Source: Chloroflexota bacterium
GTDB taxonomy: Bacteria > Chloroflexota > Limnocylindria > QHBO01
Direction: 5' to 3'
Assembly: GCA_005879815.1 (NCBI GenBank)
Contig: VBKA01000020.1
Coordinates: 223 to 64,222, forward strand
Length of the DNA: 64,000 nt
Part shown: positions 38,083-46,307 of the stretch, piece after piece
Layout: every line of letters starts with the position of its first letter
Position numbering within the stretch: position 1 is the stretch's first letter
Notes under the pieces: generated by a model
Databases searched by the model: none
The model's input: the letters and a program-made list of their open reading frames with translations, nothing else
What the model was told of the DNA's origin: nothing
Program-made: the position numbers and the translations under genes

Positions 38083-40391
38083 CGAGGCGTGGCCTCGACA
38101 GGATCCAGCGGCCGCGCAAGCGAGGGATGGAGCGCCTTCCACACCCGCTCGGGAGAGAGTGGCAACTCGCGAACCGCGACACCTGTGGCGTCGCAAACGG
38201 CTGCCGCGACGGCTGGCGCCACAGGCAGGAGCGCGCCCTCGCTCATGCCCTTCGCGCCGTACGGGCCCGGCCCGTCGGCGTTCTCGATCGCGTCGCTCTC
38301 CATTCGCATTGGCAGGTCCATGCTGGTCGGAATCCGGTAGTCGATCGCGCCGAGGTTCCTGATGCGGCCGGCCTCGTCGAGGATGTAGTGCTCCATCAGC
38401 GTGTGGCCGAGGCCCATGACCGCGGCGCCCTCGTCCTGGCCCCGAACCTGAAGCGGGTTGAGCGCCTTGCCCACGTCTGACACGGTGACGTGGCGCATCA
38501 CGGTCACGTCGCCGGTCTCGCGATCGACATCCACCTCCACAGCGGTGCAGTTGAACTCGTAGAACGCCGAGGTGCCACCAAGCGGGTGCTCGGGATCGGC
38601 CTCCTTGCGCGCCTCGCCGACGCCGATGACCTCGCCTCCGAGGCGTCCCAGCCCACGGACGAGCACGTCGCGCACGGGCAGGATGCGATCGGCGAGGCGC
38701 ACCTCTCCGCGATCGACTGTGACATCACTCTCGGGCACCCCTTCGAGTCGCACGGCCATCGCGCGGATCTTCGCCTGGATGTCGCGGCACGCGCCGAGGA
38801 CGGCATTGCCCATCAGCACCGACGAGCGGCTGGCCGAGGTCTGCTGGTCATATGGCACGACCGCCGTGTCCCCCATGACGACGGTCACCCACTCCAGCGG
38901 TGCGCCGAGCTCGTCCGCAGCGATCTGGGCGAAGATCGTGCGGGCGCCCTGGCCCATGTCGGACGTGCCCGCGTGAATAACCACGCTGCCATCGGCGAGG
39001 AGGCGTACCGTCGAGTACGAGAGCCCCGTCGTCGGGCCGGACTTGAGCCCAACCGCGATACCCCGCCCCCTGCCGTCCGACGGACGCTGCTGCCAGCCGA
39101 TCATCTCGCCCGCCCGGCTCACCGCCATCGCCCAATCGCCGTCAGCAGGCGTCTCGTGCGGGATGAAGGCCTCGCCTGGCCGCGGCAGGTTGCGCAGCCG
39201 GAGCTCAAGGGGGTCGATCTCGAGCAGCCTGGCCGCTTCGTTCATGTTCGACTCGACCGCCCAGATCTGCTGGGGATTGCCAAAGCCGCGGAACGCGGTC
39301 GAGGGCACGGTGTGTGAAAGGACGCTGCGGGCGACGATCCGCACGGCCGGGACGCGGTACGGCCCGTTCGCGGTGTAGCTGCCTTTGGCCACGGTCCGGT
39401 CCGCAATGTCGGCGTAAGCGCCGATCAGGTAGTTCGCGTCGATGTCTCGAAACACGAGCGTGCCGTCACGGCGAAAGCCCGCTCGCACGCGGACCTGCGC
39501 GGCGCCCCGGCGGACGGCCTGGAACGTCTCCTCGAGCGTCAGGACAAGGCGGACGAGGCGGCCCGTCTTTCGGGCCATGAAGGCGAGGAGCGGCTCGTAC
39601 TTGGCGTGCTGCTTCCCGCCGAACGCTCCGCCCGGATCGGGCGCGAAGACGCGTACCTTCGAGAGCGGAAGCTCGGTCAGGTCGGCGATGACGCGCTGGA
39701 GCCAGTACGGGTGCTGGATCGAGCTCCAGATCGCGATCCCGTCGCCGAAGGGCGCGGCCATGAAGGCATGCGGCTCGATCGCGAACTGGGTGACCATCGG
39801 GAACGTGTACGTGCCCTCTATCACAACGTTCGCCTCGGCCTCCGCCGCACCGACGTCGCCCCAGCCGTAGCGGTGCTCGCGCAGCACGTTGCTGTTCGCG
39901 AGCGGATCGCCCGGACGGAGCGACGGGTCCTGAACGAGCGGTGCGTCCGGCGCGAGCGATCCTGCGATCGTGTGGACGGCCGGCAGCTCCTCATAGTCGA
40001 CTCGGACGAGTCCCGCCGCCTCCTCCGCGGCGTCGACCGTCTCGGCGGCAACGGCCGCGATGGGCTCGCCGTGGTACTTCGTCTCGCGGTCAGCGAGCAC
40101 GGGCCGATCGCGCCGCTGCGGCCCAAAGCGCGGCATTGGTCGGGGGAGGTCGGCGGCGGTCAGGACGAGCCTTACCCCGGGCACTGCCAACGCCGATCTG
40201 GTGTCGATGGCCTTGAGTCGCGCGCGCGCCGCGTCGACGGTGACCAGCTTGACCCGAAGCGCGTCGGCGTGGGGAAGGTCCGCGACGTACTCCTGGCGAC
40301 CCGTGACACGCTCGAGGCCGCCGACGCGCGGCGCAGTCGCCCCCACGCCTGAGGCTCGCGGCGCCGCTCCTCGCTCGTCCTCGACGTTCAT
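38079..40391 (-). CDS. Xanthine oxidase family molybdopterin-binding subunit
   Basis: GGAFGGK, AFRGFGNPQ, DMGQG, SASRS, GQDEG, DYRIPT, GAKGMSE. Confidence 0.93.
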   Translation of the reverse strand: MNVEDERGAAPRASGVGATAPRVGGLERVTGRQEYVADLPHADALRVKLVTVDAARARLKAIDTRSALAVPGVRLVLTAADLPRPMPRFGPQRRDRPVLADRETKYHGEPIAAVAAETVDAAEEAAGLVRVDYEELPAVHTIAGSLAPDAPLVQDPSLRPGDPLANSNVLREHRYGWGDVGAAEAEANVVIEGTYTFPMVTQFAIEPHAFMAAPFGDGIAIWSSIQHPYWLQRVIADLTELPLSKVRVFAPDPGGAFGGKQHAKYEPLLAFMARKTGRLVRLVLTLEETFQAVRRGAAQVRVRAGFRRDGTLVFRDIDANYLIGAYADIADRTVAKGSYTANGPYRVPAVRIVARSVLSHTVPSTAFRGFGNPQQIWAVESNMNEAARLLEIDPLELRLRNLPRPGEAFIPHETPADGDWAMAVSRAGEMIGWQQRPSDGRGRGIAVGLKSGPTTGLSYSTVRLLADGSVVIHAGTSDMGQGARTIFAQIAADELGAPLEWVTVVMGDTAVVPYDQQTSASRSSVLMGNAVLGACRDIQAKIRAMAVRLEGVPESDVTVDRGEVRLADRILPVRDVLVRGLGRLGGEVIGVGEARKEADPEHPLGGTSAFYEFNCTAVEVDVDRETGDVTVMRHVTVSDVGKALNPLQVRGQDEGAAVMGLGHTLMEHYILDEAGRIRNLGAIDYRIPTSMDLPMRMESDAIENADGPGPYGAKGMSEGALLPVAPAVAAAVCDATGVAVRELPLSPERVWKALHPSLARPLDPVEATPR

Positions 40392-40960
40392 TGCGGCGCC
40401 AGCTCCGCGTCGGGCGTGGCCGCCCGGTCACCCAGCGCCCGCAGTCGTGCGGACCGCGCGGCCAGGTCGTCGTCGGCGATGGCGTCCGCGTCCGCGGCAT
40501 CGGCCGCCATGAGCACTGCCTCGATGATCTGCTCGTACCCGGCGCAACGGCAGAGGTTCCCGGCGAGGCCTTCTTCGACCTGAGCACGCGTCGGATGGGG
40601 CGCGTCCGTGAGCAGCGCATGAGCAGATACGAGCTGGCCCGGGATGCAGAAGCCGCATTGGGCGGCGCCCGTCTCGAGGAAGGAGCGCTGCACCGGGCTC
40701 AGCCGGCCGTCGACCGCCAGGCCCTCCACCGTCGTGACAGACGCGCCGTCCGCTTCGACGCCCAGCACCAGGCACGAATCGACGCTGTGGCCGTCAAGGA
40801 GGACCGTGCACGCCCCGCACTCCCCGACGAGACAGCACTCCTTCGTCCCCGTCAGGCCAAGATCCTCGCGCAGGACGTCAAGGAGCGTGTGGTGAGCGAG
40901 AACCTCGATCGAGCGCGAGCGTCCGTTGACCGTCAGCTCGAGGGGGCGGCGGTTCGTCAT
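40388..40960 (-). CDS. Xanthine oxidase family 2x[2Fe-2S] subunit
   Basis: GTKECCLVGECGAC, QCGFCIPG, GNLCRC. Confidence 0.95.
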   Translation of the reverse strand: MTNRRPLELTVNGRSRSIEVLAHHTLLDVLREDLGLTGTKECCLVGECGACTVLLDGHSVDSCLVLGVEADGASVTTVEGLAVDGRLSPVQRSFLETGAAQCGFCIPGQLVSAHALLTDAPHPTRAQVEEGLAGNLCRCAGYEQIIEAVLMAADAADADAIADDDLAARSARLRALGDRAATPDAELAPQ

Positions 40961-41826
40961 GGAGCCTGGGCCGAGGCGAGCCGATCGATCGCCGCTTTGA
41001 CGCCACGCAGCCCGAGGACGCGGAGCATCGCCAGCCGGTACTCCGGGCTTGCGCGCATCGAGGTCGGCGACGGGCTCGCACCAGCGAATAACCGATCGAG
41101 GAGACCGGCCTTGTCGGTGTCAGGCAGACTCGGATCGGCGAGGCGGCCGGAATCGTCGATCGCCAGCACAGGGCGCGGGCCGACACTGCCGTACGCGATC
41201 CGTGTCTTGCCGTCCGGGGTCACGGCGCATGCGAGCGTCACCGACGCCAGGTCGTGGCCGCGCCGTCGCGTGCGGCGGAGGTGGACACTGCCGCGCGAAC
41301 TCGTCGGTCTCGGAAGCTCGATCGCGACGACCAGCTCCCCTCTTGCCAGCGTCGTGACGCCCGAGCGCACGAAGAACTCCTCGAGCGGCAGGTGCCGCGT
41401 CCCGCTCGGGCCGGTGGCGACGATCAGCGCGCCGTACGCAAGCAAGGCGGGGGCGGTATCCGCCGCCGGTGAGGCGTTGCACATGTTGCCGACGAGCGTC
41501 GCCCGGTTCCGTATCTGGACAGAACCGACGAACAGCGCGGACTCCGCGAGGGCAGGGTAGTCGCGCCTCACCCGGGAGTCGGCGGCAATGTCGGTCATCG
41601 TCGTGAGTGCCCCGAAGCGCAGGTAGCCGTCGTCGTCCCGAATGTCGCCGTCCAGCTCGTCGATGCCCTTCATGTCGACGACGACTCGAGGACGCAGCGA
41701 GCCGTCGCGTAAGCGGATGATCAGGTCAGTCCCGCCGGCAAGCGGCCGCGCCTCGGGTCCATACTCGGCGAGCAAGGAAGTAGCTTGGGCAAGTTCGCTC
41801 GGGCGTTCGTATTCGAACGGTCGCAT
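40957..41826 (-). CDS. Xanthine oxidase family FAD-binding subunit
   Basis: MRPFEYERP, AGGTDL, QIRNRATLVGNMCNASPAAD. Confidence 0.94.
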   Translation of the reverse strand: MRPFEYERPSELAQATSLLAEYGPEARPLAGGTDLIIRLRDGSLRPRVVVDMKGIDELDGDIRDDDGYLRFGALTTMTDIAADSRVRRDYPALAESALFVGSVQIRNRATLVGNMCNASPAADTAPALLAYGALIVATGPSGTRHLPLEEFFVRSGVTTLARGELVVAIELPRPTSSRGSVHLRRTRRRGHDLASVTLACAVTPDGKTRIAYGSVGPRPVLAIDDSGRLADPSLPDTDKAGLLDRLFAGASPSPTSMRASPEYRLAMLRVLGLRGVKAAIDRLASAQAP

Positions 41827-42723
41827 CTAGCCGGCCTCGAGGACCCGCTCCACCTGGTCCAGGAGAACCTGCGGGGTCGCCGCTCGCACGAAGAAGTACG
41901 GGCGATCGCTGAACCGGCGCACGAAGTCGGCCCGCGCCCTGCGGAGGTCGTCGGTGTCGACGAGCGGCATGGGAAAGCCGGGCGCAAGGACCTCGTTCAG
42001 CAGGAAATAGTTCTGGACAGAGTGGAACGTCTGGAATTGGCGCTCAAACGGGATCATCTCGACGCACGACGGGTCGTAATTGCCGTCGATGGCGGGCACG
42101 ATCACGAGGTCGACCTCGCTTGGCCCGCTGTACGTCTCCCAGCTCGGCAGTGAGCCAAAGAACTTCTGCGCTCCGGCCTCGGCACCCGCCTTGTCGGCGC
42201 GCTCGGTCCCCTCGCTCCGCTTCTTGAGGAATGGCTGGAGGGAGCCCATGACCGTCGCGCCCTGCACGTCGATGATGGTGGTCTCCGTCGAGACCAGCAT
42301 GGCGCCGCGCCTGCAGGCCTCGATCTGGCCCATCGACTTGCCGTGGTTCGATTCGCCGCCGAGGAGCAGGATCGTTCGGTCTCGGTAGCGAACTGCTGAT
42401 GCGTGGAACGGGTGGAGGCCCTGTTGCTCCATGCGCAGGGCGAGCATCGTCACGATCACCTTCTGGATCGGCCCTGCCGGCCAGTCGCCACGGAACGTCA
42501 TTTGCCGTCCGTCGTAGGCGATCTCCTTTTCCTCGTCCTGGAGCCAGACGATGTCGGGCTCGGCCAGGCTGACCTCAGACAGGATCCGAACGTCCGCGAG
42601 CCGGTAATTCAGGAAGCTCATGTCGTCCAGGACATGCTCCCTCGACCGCGAGCCGGAGACGTCGATCCGGAGGCGGGCCGGGCCCGCTGCAAACTCCTCC
42701 CGGAGCTGAAGAGCCACGCTCAT
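41827..42723 (-). CDS. HPr kinase/phosphorylase-like P-loop protein
   Basis: PFHASAV followed by Walker A GESNHGKS, the HPrK-fold arrangement. Confidence 0.65.
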   Translation of the reverse strand: MSVALQLREEFAAGPARLRIDVSGSRSREHVLDDMSFLNYRLADVRILSEVSLAEPDIVWLQDEEKEIAYDGRQMTFRGDWPAGPIQKVIVTMLALRMEQQGLHPFHASAVRYRDRTILLLGGESNHGKSMGQIEACRRGAMLVSTETTIIDVQGATVMGSLQPFLKKRSEGTERADKAGAEAGAQKFFGSLPSWETYSGPSEVDLVIVPAIDGNYDPSCVEMIPFERQFQTFHSVQNYFLLNEVLAPGFPMPLVDTDDLRRARADFVRRFSDRPYFFVRAATPQVLLDQVERVLEAG

Positions 42724-42750
42724 GAGCCCGGTTCGCGAGCGGCCAGGGCG

Positions 42751-44547
42751 CTAGCTCCCGATCGCGGCCGCGGCCGGCGACTCCGCGTTCACCGCGCGGG
42801 CAACCACCTCGACGCGCCCGGCGCCCCCATCGATCCTGATCCGATCGCCGGTGGCGATCCTCGCCGTGGCGACCGAGGTGCCAGTCACGGCCGGGATGCC
42901 GAACGCGCGCGACAGGACGGCCGGGTGCGAGGTCGTCCCGCCGGTGTCAGTCACGAGCCCGGCGATCTTGGTGAAGAGCACGACCCAGGCCGGGTTCGTC
43001 ATCTGGCACACGAGGATCTCCCCGTCCTCGACCTGGTCGAATTCGTCGACGGTCCGAACGACCCGGGCGGTCCCCTCAAGGACGCCCGGCGATGCCCCGA
43101 TCCCCGTGATGACGGTGTGGTCCTCCGACTGCTTCTGGTGGAAGCGATCCGGGTAACCCCAGTTCACCCAATACGGGAACGCGAGCTGTGACGGCGTCAC
43201 CGTGCCGACCCAGTCGCGCGGGCGAAGCTTGGCCTGCTCATCGCGCTCGCGCCGCCGCTGGGCCACCAGCGCGCGGGCTTCGATCGCCTCCACGCTGCCG
43301 ATCAGCTGCCGCAGCTCGTTGTACCGCAGGAAGATCACATCGTCCGGTTGGTTGAGATGGCCGGACTCGACGAGCTTTTGGCCCACGGCAAGCAGGACCA
43401 GCCGCAGATGAGCGTTGGCGCCCTGGTCGATGTAGAAGTGGTGATCGGGCGTTAGCGGCGCCATCCGGAGGTTCACCTCGTTCGCCGCGCGCATCTCCTC
43501 GAGCGCATCGCCGGTCAGACCCTGGAGGATCTCGCGGGATGCCACCTCGATGTCCTCACGCATGGCAGAGATCGCGCCCGGAAAGTCGTAATCGGTCTCG
43601 TAGTAACCGCGCACGAGCTCGAGGATGGGCTCCATCTGCTCGCGGACCGTTCGGTAGATGAACTCGTGGCTCCAGACGGCATGCCAGCCGAACTCGCGCT
43701 GGTACGGCTCGACGCGTTCGGCAATGAAGCGGCGTCCGCGCTCTGATGCTCCCAGAGCCTGCGCGATCGGCGCGCCGTTTTCCCGGGCGAAGGCCCGGCG
43801 CAGCTCCTGGTCGTCGCGAACCTCGTTCTTCATGCGCCAGAGCGCCTCGATCGAGTCCCAGTTCCGGTCCGAGGCCGAGTTCTGGAGCCGCCCGAGCAGC
43901 TGCTCGTCGACCTTGCCGCGGGTCTTCTCCATGACGGACCGCAGGTTGAGCGTCGCGGAAAACTGGGCGAAGTTCAGCATCCAGTGGATCTTCCAGTGAC
44001 GGTCGTGGATGTCGATCGCGTCCTCGAGAAGGCAGGCGACCTCGGCGAGGGTCATCCCTTCCGTCGCGTCGAGCCGTTCCTCCAGGTAGACGAAATTGCG
44101 CTCCATCTCGGGTCGCAGGCGATCCCGCCACCAGTCGGCGAAGTCGCGACCGTAGATCGGCAGGACGGTGTCGAGGTATGCGCCCATCGTCGCTCGGAAG
44201 TTGGCGTCGCGCGGGACCCGCGCCTGGTAACGGGAGCTGTACTCCGTGCCTTCGATGTGGAGATCCGGATCGGCCGGGATAGCCGTCGTGTAGACGTAGC
44301 CGTTCACATTCTTGGCGAGCCAGTCGACCGCGAATGGCGTTCCGAACCTCCTGAACATGTGATCGCAGCTGAGCCACCAGCCACCGATGTCGAAGAACAT
44401 CGGACTCACGGGGTTTGGGATGTGGAGGTCGTCGTAGACCCAGAAGAGTTCCTTTTCGGCATCCGAATCCCACACGACTGGGAAGGACTCGTCACCAAGG
44501 AACTGGCCGAGGACCTCATCTGTCGCTGCCACGGGCTGGTCCTCCAC
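42751..44547 (-). CDS. PEP-utilising enzyme, phenylphosphate synthase alpha / rifampin phosphotransferase C-terminal type (helical substrate domain plus phospho-His swivel domain)
   Basis: W.YDDLHIPNPVSP, VNGYVY, DHHFYID, GIGASPG..EG.ARVV, EILVC..TNPAW, TDTGGTTSHPAVLSR.FGIPAV. No ATP-grasp motifs. Confidence 0.85.
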   Translation of the reverse strand: MEDQPVAATDEVLGQFLGDESFPVVWDSDAEKELFWVYDDLHIPNPVSPMFFDIGGWWLSCDHMFRRFGTPFAVDWLAKNVNGYVYTTAIPADPDLHIEGTEYSSRYQARVPRDANFRATMGAYLDTVLPIYGRDFADWWRDRLRPEMERNFVYLEERLDATEGMTLAEVACLLEDAIDIHDRHWKIHWMLNFAQFSATLNLRSVMEKTRGKVDEQLLGRLQNSASDRNWDSIEALWRMKNEVRDDQELRRAFARENGAPIAQALGASERGRRFIAERVEPYQREFGWHAVWSHEFIYRTVREQMEPILELVRGYYETDYDFPGAISAMREDIEVASREILQGLTGDALEEMRAANEVNLRMAPLTPDHHFYIDQGANAHLRLVLLAVGQKLVESGHLNQPDDVIFLRYNELRQLIGSVEAIEARALVAQRRRERDEQAKLRPRDWVGTVTPSQLAFPYWVNWGYPDRFHQKQSEDHTVITGIGASPGVLEGTARVVRTVDEFDQVEDGEILVCQMTNPAWVVLFTKIAGLVTDTGGTTSHPAVLSRAFGIPAVTGTSVATARIATGDRIRIDGGAGRVEVVARAVNAESPAAAAIGS

Positions 44548-44595
44548 CGCCGCTCCGGACTCCAGCTTCCGCCGGAAGGGGCCGCCGGCGCCGAG

Positions 44596-44617
44596 TGATC
44601 GATCATCGATGATGATA
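44596..44617 (-). promoter_or_regulatory. -10 box (TATCAT) with overlapping palindromes, candidate operator of the 35974-44547 operon
   Basis: TGATCGATCA (44596-44605) and ATCATCGATGAT (44602-44613). Minus-strand TATCAT at 44612-44617. Confidence 0.5.
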
Positions 44618-44778
44618 CAGATCGCCCAACAGCGAGCACTCCGCGAGGCTGACTCTGGACGAGTACGAAGAGCTAGGCTGTCCCGATGGGCCGATGTCCA
44701 CAGCGGGCGCCTGAGGGCGGCGGGCCTGGGTGTGATGAAAAGGTTCCCACGCGCGGCGAGGCAATGTGAGGCGGTCTG

Positions 44779-45639
44779 GTGAACGGTGAGTCGTCTGATC
44801 GGGCCACCGACCTCGTCCTGGAGGGTCCACCGCCCGAGTCATTCCGCCCGAGCTGGCTGGCACTCCTCTTTGCAGTGGTCGTCGCAGTGCTGGTGGGAAC
44901 CGCCGTCGGTTATCGGATCGGCGCCAGCCCAACTGCCACTCCGCAGCTTGCCGCACTCCCGAGCCTGAGCCCACTCCCAACGCCGATCGCGTCTCCGTCA
45001 CCCACCCCGTCCGCGGTTGCCGTGTACTTTGGAATCGAGGCGTCCAGGGGCCTGTTGAAGCAAGGCACCTACGCGTACCTGAACGTCGACGGGACGTCCT
45101 TTACCAACGTCCGCTTTAGCGTGCCCGCTGGCTGGACCTGGAGCGGGCGATCTCTCAGCAAGGGCGGCGGCGGTGCGCCCCACGGAGCCGCCATCTTCTT
45201 CTTCGACGCGGAGGTGCAGGTCTATGCGGATCCATGCCATTGGGCTGCAGTTCAGTCGCATCCGCCGACCGGCTCCTCGGCTGCCGATCTCATGGCCGCC
45301 CTAGCCGCCCAGCCCTTGCGGCGGGCGACCACGCCCAGCAAGCGCCCGGCAAACGCACCAGGTCTTGCCAATGGCTGGCAAGGCATGTCGATCCAGCTGA
45401 CCGTGCCTGACCGCATCAACTTCGCAGACTGCGACAAAGGCCAGTACCGGAGCTGGGGCCCCGACAACGAGGCTCGCACCCATGAGGGTCCAGGGCAGCG
45501 CGACATTGTGTGGGCAGTGGATCTAGGCCCCTACGACCGCCTCATCATCGATGCCTCTTGGTTCCCGGGTACGCCTGCCGAAGTGAAGTCTGAAATCGAG
45601 ACCATTCTCAGATCGATGGCCGCCGGCCACTGGGGGTGA
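44779..45639 (+). CDS. Membrane-anchored extracellular hypothetical protein
   Basis: One TM helix (WLALLFAVVVAVLVG), Pro/Ser/Thr linker, beta-rich domain with 2 Cys. Confidence 0.7.
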   Translation: MNGESSDRATDLVLEGPPPESFRPSWLALLFAVVVAVLVGTAVGYRIGASPTATPQLAALPSLSPLPTPIASPSPTPSAVAVYFGIEASRGLLKQGTYAYLNVDGTSFTNVRFSVPAGWTWSGRSLSKGGGGAPHGAAIFFFDAEVQVYADPCHWAAVQSHPPTGSSAADLMAALAAQPLRRATTPSKRPANAPGLANGWQGMSIQLTVPDRINFADCDKGQYRSWGPDNEARTHEGPGQRDIVWAVDLGPYDRLIIDASWFPGTPAEVKSEIETILRSMAAGHWG

Positions 45640-45654
45640 GCCGCTCATACACGC

Positions 45655-45723
45655 GTGCGAGCGCTGTGCTAACGAAATTGGCGCCAGGGGCGGCGTGGTC
45701 TTCCCGTCAGTTATGCTGTCTCG
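45655..45723. repeat. Degenerate direct repeat, copy 1
   Basis: GTGCGAGCGCTGTGCTAACGAAAT...TCTTCCCGTCAGTTATGCTGTCTCG; matches 48341-48406. Confidence 0.8.
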
Positions 45724-46118
45724 TCCTCGCCAACGAAGCTGCGCACCATGGCCTCCAAGTCGGCTACTTGGAAGGGCTTCCGCAGGGTTCGAACCCTCGG
45801 ATCCTTGGCGATCTCCTCCGCGCGCTCCTCCAAGCCCAGGAGGTCTCCGGTGCAGATGATGATGGGCAGCTCGCTGAGTTCGGCATCTTGGCGGACGGCC
45901 TTCAGCACGTCCCAGCCCGCGAGCCCGTTGCGGCGCCCACGCAGGTCGATGATCAGGAGTTCTGGCCGGCTCTGCCGGATTGGCTCGACATTGCGGATGG
46001 CGTCGACATCGATGGTGGTGACGTCGTAGCCGGAGTCCTCTTCAAGCAGCGAGTGCATGAGCTGCAGGAACTCCTGGTTGTCGTTGACGACGGTGATACG
46101 CGGATTGCGATCGACCAT
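45711..46118 (-). CDS. Single-domain response regulator (receiver only)
   Basis: ITVVNDN, LLIIDL (phospho-Asp), PIIICTG, LRKPF. Confidence 0.88.
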   Translation of the reverse strand: MVDRNPRITVVNDNQEFLQLMHSLLEEDSGYDVTTIDVDAIRNVEPIRQSRPELLIIDLRGRRNGLAGWDVLKAVRQDAELSELPIIICTGDLLGLEERAEEIAKDPRVRTLRKPFQVADLEAMVRSFVGEDETA

Positions 46119-46307
46119 CCCGATTGTCCTCAGGGAGTGGCATTCGCAGTGTAAGCCTGGCTCTGCGCACGATCCACGTGCGCTTGGAGGAAGGGTGGTC
46201 GAAGGCTCGTCGTCAAAAGGGGGGCCTCACCCATGTCAGAGCTGAGACGGCCGGACTCGGCGGTCTGGAGCACGACCAACCGAGGCACGTCCGCCTACGA
46301 TCCACCG

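Noticed and set aside
38079..41826. Calling the Mo enzyme hcrABC or coxLMS
   Set aside because: No [4Fe-4S] insertion in the FAD subunit and no CoxL active-site motif.
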